Both the position numbers and the translations under genes were made by a program. A DNA stretch of 64,000 nt from Eledone cirrhosa (lineage: Eukaryota): assembly GCA_964016885.1 (NCBI GenBank), contig OZ024751.1, positions 34,286,001-34,350,000 on the forward strand. The letters run 5' to 3'. How positions within the stretch are numbered: the stretch's first letter is position 1; each line of letters starts with the position of its first letter. The notes below the pieces were generated by a model. It saw nothing but the letters and a program-made list of their open reading frames with translations, did not search any database and was not told the DNA's origin. Shown here piece after piece: positions 45,650-60,878 of this stretch.

Positions 45650-46120
45650 GTAATTCTTGGTTTATTGGCCACTAGGACCAAAATATAAAGGATAATAGAA
45701 ATGGACAAAGACTAGGGTGGGGTACATTATTACAGGTAAACACAAGCGAGTCACGTAAGAAAATAACAGGAAATTTACAGCATAATAATATCCCAAATAG
45801 GGAGGGATCACTCACAAATACAAACAAAAGTCCTTAGGAAGGGGCCCTTATCCTCTCTTAAGTCTCCCAGGAGCACAAGTTTAAAGCAGGCCAATCATGC
45901 AGAACATCCTCGCTTCATTCACCCACCATTTAACAAATGTATTAGGGCCAACACTTCTCCCTCCACTCTCAGCCTCCTTTCCAAGTGGGACTTAAAAAGT
46001 TGATGAGATCTTTGGCGAAATAGAAAGAATCTGTTTTTAGTCCTTTCAGTCTCGTCCAGCACACAACCTCATCGCCACAGCCATCACACAGAGGAAAACC
46101 ACCTGACCTTCATGGTCACA
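45650..46120 (-). mobile_element. 5'-truncated L1/Tx1-type LINE: ORF2 C-terminus and 3' UTR
   Basis: Frameshifted translation GQVVFLCVMAVA.EVVCWTRLKGLKTDSF...DLINF.KSHLERRLRVEGEVL...FVKWWVN resembles Tx1 ORF2 termini; AATAAA at 45666-45661. Confidence 0.7.
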
Positions 46121-46542
46121 TGTTGTGCACAAACAACACTCGACATTTTACTACAGGAGAAATAGTACCAAATCCCCTCACATAACAGAAAGGGAGGAAA
46201 GATAAGCAACACAACTCATACATGATATATATTCTATATAACGACTTCACAACAAAGTAAAACCCAACCAGAATATAAAGAAAGCAGAGACAACGCAAAC
46301 AGAAACAAAAATAGAACAAGAAATGAAATAAGAACATCAGTAAATATATGATATATCTTAGGATAGATCGCAATTAAAAGATGGTGAATGTGACAATAAT
46401 ATATAGGTGAACTAGGTAAAGAAATAAACAAGGATACAGTATTTCCCGATGGACAAACAAAAGGTAGTGTCAAAGATAAAATACATCAGAAAAAAGAGAT
46501 GGTGGTAACAGATGTAACTGTCAGTAAGACCAAGAAACATTA

Positions 46543-47749
46543 ACTTGTATATCAAACACAGCAGTCACTTGTATGTCAAACACAGCAGTCACTTGTATAT
46601 CAAACACAGCAGTCACTTGTATGTCAAACACAGCAGTCACTTGTATGTCAAACACAGTAGTCACTTGTACGTCAAACACAGCAGTCACTTGTATATCAAA
46701 CACAGCAGTCACTTGTATATCAAACACAGCAGTCACTTGTATATCAAACACAGCAGTCACTTGTATATCAAACACAGCAGTCACTTGTATATCAAACACA
46801 GCAGTCACTTGTATATCAAACACAGTAGTCACTTGCATATCAAACACAGCAGTCACTTGTATATCAAACACAGCAGTCACTTGTATATCAAACACAGCAG
46901 TCACTTGTATATCAAACACAGCAGTCACTTGTATATCAAACACAGTAGTCACTTGTATATCAAACACAGCAGTCACTTGTATATCAAACACAGTAGTCAC
47001 TTGTATATCAAACACAGCAGTCACTTGTATATCAAACACAGCAGTCACTTGTATACCAAACACAGCAGTCACTTGTATATCAAACACAGCAGTCACTTGT
47101 ATATCAAACACAGCAGTCACTTGTATATCAAACACAGTAGTCACTTGTATATCAAACACAGTAGTCACTTGTATATCAAACACAGCAGTCACTTGTATAT
47201 CAAACACAGCAGTCACTTGTATATCAAACACAGCAGTCACTTGTATATCAAACACAGCAGTCACTTGTATATCAAACACAGTAGTCACTTGTATATCAAA
47301 CACAGCAGTCACTTGTATATCAAACACAGTAGTCACTTGTATATCAAACCAAACACAGCAGTCACTTGTATATCAAACACAGCAGTCACTTGTATATCAA
47401 ACACAGCAGTCACTTGTATATCAAACACAGTAGTCACTTGTATATCAAACACAGCAGTCACTTGTATATCAAACACAGCAGTCACTTGTATATCAAACAC
47501 AGTAGTCACTTGTATATCAAACACAGCAGTCACTTGTATATCAAACACAGTAGTCACTTGTATATCAAACACAGCAGTCACTTGTATATCAAACACAGCA
47601 GTCACTTGTATATCAAACACAGCAGTCACTTGTATATCAAACACAGCAGTCACTTGTATATCAAACACAGTAGTCACTTGTATATCAAACACAGTAGTCA
47701 CTTGTATATCAAACACAGTAGTCACTTGTATATCAAACACAGCAGTCAC
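46543..47749. repeat. 24-bp minisatellite, about 50 copies (TATCAAACACAGYAGTCACTTGTA)
   Basis: Highly homogeneous array with one main C/T variant and one 5-bp insertion near 47349; no spacers. Confidence 0.98.
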
Positions 47750-48149
47750 AAAAACTACGTCAAAAAGGAAGAGATGTAGGACAAGAAATAAAATATGTTA
47801 TATACGATCTTTCTCTTTTTAATGACATTGACAGAGAAAATAAAGAAATGTTGTAGAAGTGAGAATACCTAATAAATTATATGAAAACGTCAAGCCAGAC
47901 CATTTTTAACAGATAGAATGTTTGCAAAATCAGACATAATTTGTGGTTATGAAAATCGGTAGAAAACCTCAGAACTGTCAGTACAGTTTACTGTGTTTGG
48001 ATAGATTGAATGTGAGAAGCCGGCATCAGTGATACAGTGATCTAAAACTAAAATGTAATTGTTTAGAATATATTTACCTTTATTATAATTCATATAACTA
48101 TAACATAGTCTATTAAATCAGGTAAATTACGCTTGGAGATGGGAACACA

Positions 48150-48230
48150 TTTTACAGAGACCCCTGCGTGTATCGAACCACGCATCTGCCATTCGCTGGA
48201 CGACAACGATAACCATTACTTATCGGTTTA
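48150..48230 (-). mobile_element. Decayed tRNA-like SINE head
   Basis: Minus strand TAAGTAATGGTTA (A-box-like) and GGTTCGATAC (B-box-like) at tRNA spacing; no cloverleaf supportable. Confidence 0.4.
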
Positions 48231-48608
48231 ACTAAACTTTAACTATGCTATGAATTATATATATTACCTGATTAGTTTATTTCAAACATAATGGATTGTA
48301 ACTGCATCGTTGCATTGTATACATCAGCCGTTCTATTCTATAGCACAATGTAAGTGATCTATATGTTGCTGCGTATGGGGAAAGAGGGGGGGGGGGCATT
48401 AGATGTGATTAAGGGGTCGTTATTACTGAAGGTATTCCTCAGGGGAGGTTACACACTTGTCATATTGCTTTGAATTACTGTGAGTCATTGTTTTCTATAG
48501 AAATTTCTCTGGCAGATTCTTCTTTTTCTTGCTTATCTCGTGGAATGGTGTTGCTTAGAATACAGAAGTCGGTGTGTGTATATATATATATAATGACCTC
48601 TTGAAATG

Positions 48609-48650
<42 letters not shown>

Positions 48651-48727
48651 TGTATATACATAGGTGATATATATATATATATGGTGTATATATATGTGAT
48701 ATATATATATATATGGTGTATATATAT

Positions 48728-48767
<40 letters not shown>

Positions 48768-48783
48768 ATGATATATATATATG

Positions 48784-48814
<31 letters not shown>

Positions 48815-49160
48815 ATGGCCTCTTGAAATGGTATAGGTTAGAGGATGGCAGCGGGTGTATATATTGTAGGTAAGTGGGAAGATGGGTTCTATAGTCACCC
48901 TGGTAGTGGCACAGAGTGCAGAACTATACACGGATACTTACATTTACATATGTATATAGGTAAATATATAATCTCAAACATATATACATATATAATTACA
49001 CACACAGGCATACATAAATAAATATGTATATATATATATATATGATAATTCTCGACATCATCATCACCGTAGTTCCCGCCATCCGTTGAATTGATATCAC
49101 CGGCTTTTTATTGCTACGTTTGATGTTAGGTTGTTGTACTTACAGCTTTGTAGTTTGTTT

Positions 49161-49211
<51 letters not shown>

Positions 49212-49894
49212 ACCGTAGTTTCTGGACTTATTCAATAATTGGGAGCTTTTAACTCATTTCAATTCAAAACTTAACTACAACAAAAACATCACCAACACCT
49301 ACAACAACAGTAACAAGAACAACAAAAACTACAGCAGTGACAACAATAATCTTAGCAACAATAGTATTTATAAACATCATCATCAACATCAACATCATCA
49401 ACCTCATCCCAACAACAACAATGGTGTTGTACTTTCCCAACATATATTTTGTATTCAATTCTACGTTGGTATTGTTTTTATCTGGATTTTGTCCTCCCTG
49501 TATTAATGTTGTTATTGTTGTTGTTGTTATAGTTGTTGTTGTTATTGTTGGTGATACAGTTGTTGTTGTTACAGATGCTGTTGTTGTTGGTGATACAGTT
49601 GTTGTTGTTACAGATGTTGTTGTTGGTGATATAGTTGTTGTTGTTACAATTGTTGTTAATGTTTCTTCTTGTTGTGAATCTTGGTGATACTACAGTTGTT
49701 GATGTTACTACAGTTGTTGTTACTACAGTTGTTGATGTTACTACAGTTGTTGTTAATGTTGTTGTTACAGTTGTTAATTTCTAGTTACTGCAGCTGTTCA
49801 GTTTATTGGTGGCGTTGTTGTTAGTGTTGTAAATAACATTGTTCGTCTTATTATTGGTGGTGTTGTGATGCTAGCCTATGTTGTGAGTCTTCTC

Positions 49895-50072
49895 AATACT
49901 ATGTTGTGATGCTAGTCTATACTATGTTGTTATGCTTGTCTATACTATGTTGTGATGCTAGTCTATAGGTTGTTGTGATGCTAGTCTATACTATGTTGTG
50001 ATGCTTGTCTATACTATGTTGTGATGCTAGTCTATACTATGTTGTGATGCTAGTCTATACTATGTTGTTATG
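49895..50072. repeat. 23-bp minisatellite (TATGTTGTGATGCTAGTCTATAC)
   Basis: About seven tandem units. Confidence 0.92.
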
Positions 50073-50686
50073 GTAGTATTTAGTGTTACTCTCGTTGTTG
50101 TTGTTATCGCTAATGTTGTTTGTTGCAATTATTGCACTTTTTTATAATTTTAATTTTACTTTCTATCGATTAAATATCGATTCGTGTTTCAATTAAAGCC
50201 TTTTTGAAATACTAGAAACACAATTTGTCATAACATATAACAACAACAATACTGTTCGTTGATATTAATAACAATAATAATAAACTTGAAACAGTTTTTC
50301 TGGAGACAAATGAATAACAAATCCACTAACGAAAAATACAATAATAATAATAATAATAATAGGTAATAATAGGTAATAATGGTAGTTATGCTTGTTGTTG
50401 TTGTTGTTGTTGTCGTCGTTGTTGCTGATGTTGCTGTTGCTGTCATTGTTGCTGATATTGTTGATCTTTTTATTTCATTTTATTTCATCATGAGTGATAA
50501 ATAGCTATCAATATATATATATACATATATATATATATATGGGGGGGGGGTCTAATACACACAGAAACACATTTATAACTACAGATATATTTCTTTAATT
50601 GTGATTTTTGTTATTTTTGTTTATTCTGTTTTTGTTTTACTTTTTTTCTTCTCGTCTTTTTAATGTCTTTTATACTTGTTATTGTT

Positions 50687-50736
<50 letters not shown>

Positions 50737-50746
50737 GTATAATATA

Positions 50747-50789
<43 letters not shown>

Positions 50790-50835
50790 TCACACTCACT
50801 CACACATATATATATATATATGCTCACACTCACTC

Positions 50836-50891
<56 letters not shown>

Positions 50892-50900
50892 TTATATATA

Positions 50901-50936
<36 letters not shown>

Positions 50937-50942
50937 CACACT

Positions 50943-51023
<81 letters not shown>

Positions 51024-51304
51024 GTTGTTTATTTCATATTCGGTTTTACTTTTGTTGTCATATTTTATTTTATTTTGTCCATTGTTCTGACATTTTTTAC
51101 ATCGATTTTGTCTTTTTTTTCTTCAACTTCCTGCCATTCCTGTGTAGCGAGACATTTTCCATCGTTAATTCTTCAACCTCACAACTCCAGGTCTTCTCTT
51201 ACTTTCAATAAAACCACTGAAGCGATTCTAATTTCGTTCAACACACTATTGAAAATATTCAAACAAAATTCAAGCCAGCGACTTCAACAATAACAACATG
51301 GCAA

Positions 51305-51335
<31 letters not shown>

Positions 51336-52174
51336 TGTAGTAGTAGTAGTAGTAGTAGTAGTAGTTATAGTAGTGGTAACTATCATCATCAACATCACTA
51401 TCATCAATAGGAGAAAACAAAGTCTGCCAATGGTGTTTTCCTATTTATATACCAACGGTGCTTCAAAGCTGCTGCGTCAGACGGAAGTGTTACGTTTCAG
51501 ACAAACGTATGAAATATCTGCCTATTTTCCCAACCAATAAAAAATTCTCTCTAGGATCTCTTCGACCTTCTAGAAGTTGCAATGAATTTATCTTTCAAAT
51601 ATAAACCTAAAACTAAAGGACATGTTTTGATAATGTGGTCTTGGCCATAGTCCCTGAAATATTGGCTGTTCATGGTGGGTGTGACGTTTCATATGAAGTG
51701 ACACATCAGCCACAACAAAGAGAGTTACATATCATTGAGAAATAGCAAGGAAATAATTATTAGATTGGGTCTTAAAGATATATGATGAATTGTAATTCCA
51801 TCCTTTAATAAAGTAATATTCGAATTAATGTAGGAGTGGAAATTTGATAATTAATATATGAGATATTATCTCTTATAAAGGTTTCACTTGATGTTAATTT
51901 TAAAATTTATTGCGTTACGTCATTAAAGTAATTAGCGTAATTAAGTTAGTATTGAATACGTGTAATCTATAGAGGTTCTTAGTAAGCTGTTATTTCTATG
52001 TTATCCCCCATCAATAAACATTAATTTAGCACGGCTAAAGGAGAGAATATAATTTAGTATAACTTCTGGGATACGTTACTCTCAAAGCATTAAACCGCAA
52101 GGATTGTGAAAATGCACACACACACATAAACAGATACACACACACACACACATCTCTGTTTTGTCGTTTCCCTG

Positions 52175-52271
<97 letters not shown>

Positions 52272-52852
52272 GATCGGATCATTTTAATTATCACTCCATC
52301 GACTAAAGATGGCAATTAACAACAACAATAATTGCTCTCGTCCTCTGTGAAGTTAGACCAATGAAATAATATCTGGAGAAACAACATTCACATTTCCATG
52401 ATGTTTCACATTTGTATGATGTTTCACATTTCTATTTTCTGGCATATTTGAGTAAATGATTTCACAAAACCTCAATATATTCCTGTTATCAGCTTTAATT
52501 AATTAATTAGTTTCTGTTTTTGTAATATATAATCAATATTCAGGCTTTTAATTTATTATATGCTTTTAAACAACCAAGCTGGCAATGATGTGCCTTCGAT
52601 GTTTGTGATATTTATCAATCCCAAATGGTTCCCCTCAGACTATAGACATTCTTAGTGCTGTTCGTTTCTCATAAACATGATCACACAAAGAAAGACGGTA
52701 GGGCCTTGTCAGAGGTCCAATGATGATAGCACCCAGCTAATTTCGGGAAGGTAGGGAGTTCGAGTCTTGGCATTTTCCCACTTCTTAACCCAATTGCTGT
52801 ATATTTTATATCAACTGACTGTAATTGCAGTTATTTTCAGCCTCTGCGCATC

Positions 52853-52890
<38 letters not shown>

Positions 52891-53044
52891 GAGGATCTGA
52901 TCAGTGGTAAATACTGTATTGAAGGTCGGATGACGCAACTTGGAGTGATTAGCGGCCTTTAGATTTACCTGATCAATGAAACAATTGTTAATACTTGTAA
53001 TAAAGCCCCTTGTTGTATAACCGACCATGTTATTCTTCAATCTT

Positions 53045-53081
<37 letters not shown>

Positions 53082-53686
53082 GCAGTCTATTTTGTCACTC
53101 TAGCTTCATATTTATATAAAGTGCATGTGCTTCGGAAATATGTACTGGCGTTCGTATTTGATATTCAATGTCTATGTAGGATGATGAAGCTGCACCAACT
53201 ATAAAACAAATTATAATCATACAACGACTACAACTGATATTGAAAATGTTTGAGATATTCTTCACTGATTTATTTTGGTCTAGATAGATACGGGAGAATA
53301 TTTACTCCACGAAGCGGATATTCATACTTCGATATCAAACTTATAGAATCTAAATAGTACAAATATATCCACTCATGCACACACATACACTCTCATATAC
53401 ACACATATACACACACACGCTCAGGCCTGTGCAGTTATTGCACAGAAATATTGGTTTCTCGCATGTACATGCCTCCGGTAGTTCAATATGTGTCCATCTG
53501 TCTACGTCTGTCTCTCACTACACACACCCACACCACACACCCCACACACACATATATATATGTATATATAACTACCTACGTGTCTCTGTCGGACTCAATC
53601 TATCTATTCATCTATATATCTATCTTTCTATATCGTTATCTACAAATACATTAAGAAGCTCTATAGCTTGAAATCCATTTCTAATG

Positions 53687-53733
<47 letters not shown>

Positions 53734-55437
53734 ATATTCTATATAGGCGTATGTATCATTATTTGTGTGTGTGTATGTGTATCAGACGTGTCTGTGAGTG
53801 TCTGTTATTTGTGTGTTTGTAGAAATCTAATATTACATCGGAATAAAGATAAATGTTTTAGTGGTGAAATATTCGACATTAGGAACCGATTTTCTATATC
53901 ATGCCACAACTTTAGATCTTTCCACTGATAAATGGTCAGTATTTGGTGCTGTCATCATTTCCTTCCAAATTATCTTCTTTGTCTCGAAGAGTTTTACATA
54001 ACTCAATACTGTGAATAATTTATTTCGTATGTGACACCCTGTTTGCTAAGCTATTAAGATACACCTCACATAAAGATATTTTTTTGTAAATATGAGCCAG
54101 CATTAGGTATAACTGCTGAGACACTGTCTGCTATAAATAGTAACCACTTTTTCCTAGAATCAATATTTACGGTCTTTTAGCAAGTACAAAATATTGAAAT
54201 TCGTAGTCATATAAGATTGGCTTGCTGTATCTGGGATGCCGTTGTTCATATACTTTCTTATTCAATGTTCCTTTGGATAAAACCACACTACCATCAACAC
54301 CCCACTACTATCAACACCCCACTACTATCACCACCACAATGCTATATTTGAACAACAAATACTTTACAATACAGCAAACAATTCCACGCTCGTTGTAATG
54401 CCCGTAACTTCATAAAACATGTTTTCCCTTGGATATAACAGAAGGTATTTTCGCTACTATCATTCATGAAATATATTTCAATATCTGAGGCCGTCAGCAA
54501 TATTATTTATTATGACATAAATCTGTCATTTGTTCGTATTTCGAAGAACATCGGACAGAATGTTATGTGGTTTACATTCTACTTCTCTGCTCTTCAGTTA
54601 TCCACAAGTGTAAAAGCTGGGAGATGCATTGTCGAGGCTGAATTTAAAAAAATCTGCTTTTATACATTGGGAATAAGACAACGAATTCCTGTAGCAATAT
54701 TTGTTATAACTTCAAACATGAATACACATACACAGCCACCTATATTAATTGTCTCACATCCCTATAGAAAACTAAGTATAAAAAAATACATGAAACTTTG
54801 AAGAGTAAATACTAACAGGGTCATAGAAGTCTCACATGTTTTCCTATCATATTCATGAATATTCTCTATATAACTGGCATCGCTACAAAACTAATCACAT
54901 AACAATAAACTACCAAATAATCTCATAAATGGAATGGAAAAATGGTAAATCTAGGAGATCAGTGAACGTCTCACTGGGCTGAATTCAATAGAGTTAAAAG
55001 AAGGCAAGAAATTGCTTATTATAATATATCTAATATATCTTTCAGAACAGGAATTATCTAACATGAAGACAAAGAATGCACGATTCGCTTGGATCAAAAC
55101 TGGAAAGTTTAAATTTTTCATTCCTTAAAGGAATGTTAATAAAACTCCAAAGACACAAACACATTGTGTTTCTAATTCCTAGTTATATGCAGAAATCTAA
55201 CGTAAAGTCGTAAAGTCCAAACTTTAATACATATATTTATTCCATGAAAGGTTATAATAAGAACTATGGAAGCAGTCGTCAAACGGCGAAGAATCAAAGA
55301 GAATCTATTCTTTGAAGATTCTTTGATTATCAAAGCTGCAATTCATATTAGTTTTACGTGTTGCGGCAGTAAAAAGGTTAAGAAACTGCTCATTTCTGTT
55401 TTCCTGATTCACACGCCAGGCTGCTGTTGTGTGTATG

Positions 55438-55596
55438 ATATACATTGTTATACATGTATGTACATTGTTATACATGTATATATATTGTTATACATGTATG
55501 TACATTGTCCTACATGTATGTACATTGTCATACATGTATATATATTGTCATACATGTATGTACACTGTCATACATGTATGTACATTGTCATACATG
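55438..55596. repeat. 20-bp minisatellite (TACATTGTCATACATGTATG), about 8 copies
   Basis: Read directly. Confidence 0.93.
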
Positions 55597-56401
55597 AAAC
55601 AGTACTAATATCTGTATACATAATGCGGATGAATGCGTGATGTTGTTGTTGTTGTTGTTCGTCCATTCTAATCTCTGGCGACTACCACATTTACGTTATC
55701 TTGAGGATCTTGAGCTGTTCCTCCTCTAAATCTATTACCCACATCTGTGGCCTATGTGGTCAAGTAATTTAGTGGAAAATGGTGTGATTCGCTCCCAGTT
55801 TGTGGAAAATTTCCCCTGAACATCTGTGATTAGTCTGGTTTTTCCTGCGCACACACCCACAAAAAGTATGCTTGGTCGATGTAGGGCAAGTGATTCCCTA
55901 AGAGGGGTTGTGTGATGTTGATGCGTCTTTGAGAGGTATTTCATTTATCTTTTCTCTTTGATAATTATTCACTTTTATTAGTTAACGGTTGTTTAATTAA
56001 CGAACAACTCAGCGTCTGTGAAAACCTTAGAAAGTATTCCTAAATATATAGATAACATTGAAACATCTAATATATATGTATATATATATGTGTGTGAGTA
56101 TGTATGTATGTATATATATATATGTGTGTGTGTGTGTCTGTGTGTACGTGTGCTAGTGTATATCACATTCTATAACATAGGTGTTTATATATTGAGCGTA
56201 GTTCTATATGTTCTTTTATTATTTTACCGTTTTCCATCATCAGAGTGCGGCCATGCTGGGACACGGCCTTGATTTATTCAATCACATCCACATGACTATT
56301 TAATTTTCAATTTGCTATTGAACCTATCGATCTTCTTTCCTCCTAACCGTGATAGGATAAAGAAAGTAACACGCACGCACACACATACACACACACACAC
56401 A

Positions 56402-56497
<96 letters not shown>

Positions 56498-57605
56498 GTC
56501 TGTGTAAACACAACTTCTATAAGATGTTCCTATACTAAAGGCCAACTCTGTATCCAAAGGGGTAAGATGTTTCTACTCCACCTTAACCTGTAAATAGGTC
56601 TTTGTTTCGGGCGAGAAGTTAATTACAGAATGTAACCATAACCAATTACTTTTGTTATCATACACATTTCTTGATTTCTTAATGCTGAATCTCATGACTT
56701 TTCAGCAATCACAGTCTCTGTCTTTTCTGGATCTTCATACTTCTCAAATATGTCTTCTCTGACAACTTTCTTTCTTATTTTTTATGTAGAAGCCCATACC
56801 ACTTTCTTCTATTTTGACACCATCCCGTAGGTACGGTCAACATTCCCCTACATCACTACTTACTTGTTTAAATAGAAGCTGTTTGCACCACCTTGTGGGT
56901 GCATACGTCGGTAGAGATTGAGCCACCAAGAACCACATCATAGAGTTTAAACAGGAACACAGATGATATATATCAACCACAAACCGTTGAGGGCTGCTAC
57001 ATATCTTATGTTTGCTTAATTCCTCTTACAAGACTTAAGTTCATCGAAGCTGTTGTATAATAGACATGAAGGTTTTGAACAGTGGAGTCGAATCTGGACT
57101 ATATGATCACGAAATGAACTTCTTAAACTCCATGCACAGTTAGTATACAATACTTATATCTGATATTGTGCTATCATAGTATATAACATAGCATCCTTTA
57201 TTTTACAATTCAGTTTTCCACTGAAGTTTAGGAGAAGTGTAGTCTTTGAAAGTGGAATTCTGAAGTATATATATCGATCAATATTTTAAGAAATGTCTAT
57301 GATATCTATTTAACTCGATGGGATTCAATATAATTTACCTCAGTGAATATTCCATTAAAATATATTGGTAACATATTATATACGTCATCACATATAAGCG
57401 AAGAGATATTTATTTATCAGTCACAGTTGCTAGGTTCTTTATTTCTGCTTCGGTAAAAGTATTGTTACCTTTCTCATATATCCTTTCCTTTGCATGGAAA
57501 CGTCGTATTAAGTTCTCAGCCGTAGCCTTGCATCGTTTTAAGAAATGTGACCCTAATTGTGTAGATAGAAGTTCGACAGGAAAATAGGAAGGCCAAGGAC
57601 TAGGA

Positions 57606-57788
57606 TTGGCAGTATCGGTAGAGGGTCGGACGCCATGCTTTCCAGCATAGTTACGTCCCTTTACGATCTGAGTTCAAATCCCGCCGAGGTTGACTTTGCC
57701 TTTCATCCTTACGGGGTCGATAAAATAAAGTACCAGTAATGCACTGGGTAATTGCTGGCCCTGTGCCTAAAGTAGAAACAATTATTAA
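57606..57788 (+). mobile_element. tRNA-derived SINE, family A, copy 4 (best preserved)
   Basis: A box TGGCAGTATCGG, B box GTTCAAATCCC, core GACTTTGCCTTTCATCCTTACGGGGTCGATAAAATAAAGTACCAG. Confidence 0.92.
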
Positions 57789-58347
57789 TATCAACAATAA
57801 CAGCAATTTGTATTATATATTTTCCTCATCGTTCACGAAGTATCATGTGGATTTCTAGGCAATCTAATATTTGCAAAATAATCTTCATTTATATAACGTT
57901 CATCATTATTGATTAGTTTTCCAACTCATCAACTAGCCAGACACTTTATTCCATGCTATTCCAAATACTCAAACGTATCAATGCATTCATTAATGTCATT
58001 TCAATGTACATGAATATATGCAAACGGGATTAATATTTGCAAATTAGAAAGAAGACAAAAGCTTACAATAAGGTATCAAATATTGAAGTTTGTCTAGAAT
58101 AAGCTCAACAATTAGTAACATAATACAAAGTGATATCATTTATGCTGTTGCATATCAAAAATGGTGGAATTATCCAAAATATCTGATAACCAGTCTTATA
58201 ACCTAAAGAAAAGAAAAAAATTAGATGTTTGGATTTTTCTTATCGCTGATTGAAGTTTTAACTTTCTCATTCATAAGAATTTGATGAACACAAATTGGGG
58301 AGAGTTATTGCTTAGGAATATCTGAAACGAGATAATTCGAGATCGAA

Positions 58348-58560
58348 GTGGTTAATGCTGCGATGGCAGAACACATAAAGTCCAGGTTCCGCTGGTCGAG
58401 ACTTATGGCAAGGTTCACAGGTACCAGTTTGACCCATACAATTGAGGAGTGGTATTCAATTCATCGGACAACCTTTATAACGATGAGGGATGCTATAGTC
58501 AAACGAGTCGGGTTAAACTGGAAGAGGAACCGATCAAGGAACGCCATTGTTGTCAGAGAT
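58348..58560 (+). mobile_element. RTE-clade LINE C-terminal remnant
   Basis: RFRWSRLMARFTGTSLTHTIEEWY...RDAIVKRVGLNWKR fits the RTE C-terminal pattern RWAGHVAR.TD.RWT....EW....RW.D.I.K..G..W.R. Confidence 0.65.
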
Positions 58561-58899
58561 GTATATAATCGTCTGGAATGTGATGTGAGACATGTATTTC
58601 ACTGCCTATATTGATGCAAGTAGCGAGATTTCTTTTTCTAAATGGACAATGAGTAAGAGTGCATATCTATTTGTTTGACTGTTATTTCAAGAAAGGTCTT
58701 AGTTTGATAAACCAATGTTGTAGAGACATCTGTCTTTGAGAAGAGAGATGTCGGTGTGGATGTAATTACATAAAGTTCAGTTTCAGTCTTTGTACTGACA
58801 TTTCTGTATATACTGTCGATGTTTCGGTTCAAGATTTTGTGATATCGATATTCTACAGGGAAATATGTATTCATGCGGTTTAGAAACGTTGAAATATCA

Positions 58900-59390
58900 T
58901 TTAAGTTACATATCGTATCATAGGGATCTATTCAAGTTTACTATTTTCGCCTTTACGAGTAATATTGCTCCCTCCTGTATATAATATATTCTGTTTTTAA
59001 AGTTACTTTCCATAAAGGAATTACTGAAATAACGACTGGCTTGGCTGAAGGATTTCTCTTCAGGTGACAACCTGGATATTGGCATAACAATATTATTAAC
59101 GAAGTTTCTCAGGATTATTGATGGAGGTTTGCATTCCATATTAATATGCAGAATTTCTTATTAACTTTAATGTAAAGGCATTATTTACGCTTAACTAAAT
59201 CTATATTTAAATCAAAGAAATTTAATATATTTAGATTTGGATCTTCTGTAATTTTCAACTGTATCACTTTAAATATAGTGAATCACATCCATTGTGTGGC
59301 AAATGGCAACTCACAAATTGAATAATGCATCAGTTTATAGCCCTATCAACTCATAAGACTCAGCGAATTCGTGCACTCCCATGACTAAAT
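58900..59390 (-). mobile_element. Decayed Penelope-like element, RT/thumb fragment
   Basis: Broken translation GVHEFAESYELIGL*...IFKVIQLKITEDPNLNILNFFDLNIDL...KPPSIILRNFVNNIVMPISRLSPEEKSFSQASRYFSNSFMESNFK matches PLE motifs GAE..ELVGLY, LKIT...N....NFLD and HPPSII...IS.LS..E..F..A..YY. Confidence 0.78.
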
Positions 59391-59521
59391 AATCATGGGC
59401 ATTATGTTTCACTTCAAAAAATTAACATGGTATAACAAATATTTCTAATAACATATGCAAAGTATACTTTTAAGTGTTATGAATCGAGAATATTATCTTT
59501 GTAGGTATATATATACGCGCG

Positions 59522-59565
<44 letters not shown>

Positions 59566-59936
59566 GATGTTTATACATGTATATATATATTCACACAAAC
59601 ACACTCGCACATACTCATACGTAGAGAGAACCACACTCACAAACACATGAAAAATACAACCAGTCACACATACAGCATCACTCACAAAATATACAAAACT
59701 CTAACACACATACGTACACACACAGGTTTACAAACAAAACATGCATTTCCTCCCTCACACAACCTGCAAGGAAACCTATTTGAATTCCTCTTTTTTACAC
59801 TTTTCTGATGAAAGAATAACATCTAATACATTGAGAACTTACTTTTCCTTCTCAGATAAGCGTGTGACGTATAAGATATTGTTTCACGGTATTTATGAGT
59901 TTGTCTCCTTAATCTTGAAGTGTATACATGTGTGTG

Positions 59937-60043
<107 letters not shown>

Positions 60044-60802
60044 GAATAATCGAGTATCGAAAAATCGGCGCACGAGTTCACGATAAACAAAATTCGACAT
60101 GAGTGGCAGAGGGCTCAATAATTCAGATAAATCAGAGCTATAACTATCGTTAAAATACCAACACACATAGATTATGTCTAAAATCAATCATACGACCGAA
60201 AAATTACGATCAGGAAGATTCGGGTCACTCAGATAAAATATCAATAAATCAATAAATCATGTGAATGTAAAAAGCTTACCCGGACCCACTAGAGAGATGG
60301 TAAATCTAGCTTCTTGGGTTTCTGTAAATCCTTAAACCTCCCACTATCAGCCCACATAAAAATATATAAGACTTCTAGAGAGCGGCGGACAGGAAATACT
60401 TTATCAACGAGCTTTGTCCAGACGAATAAAAAAGCCAACCCTAGCTGAAAACGCACATGGAATCCAGCAAGGGAGATAACCTCTAAATCCGCGAATATAT
60501 ATATATATATATATATGCGTGTGTGTTTATATACACAAATAACAAATAAATAAATATATATATATTTATGTGTGTGTGTGTGTTTAAAATATATATACAT
60601 CTATAATTATATATAGTTAGGGCTGCGTAGTTAAGATACTCACTACAAAATAAGGCTATTTTCGAGGTCTTTTTATGTATACGTATGTATGTACGTGTCT
60701 AGTTTAATTTCCACACACACACACAGATATATATATACATATAAAATGCGTAGGCATGGTTACAGATTAAGTGATTGCAATATATCTATATATATATATG
60801 TA

Positions 60803-60873
<71 letters not shown>

Positions 60874-60878
<5 letters not shown>

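Noticed and set aside
46543-47749. CRISPR-like regular array
   Set aside because: No unique spacers, no cas genes, eukaryotic context.
48150-48230. Functional tRNA gene
   Set aside because: A/B-box remnants only; acceptor and anticodon stems do not form.
54466-54801. 111-aa plus-strand ORF
   Set aside because: AT-rich, no recognisable domain or splice context; possibly old transposon debris.
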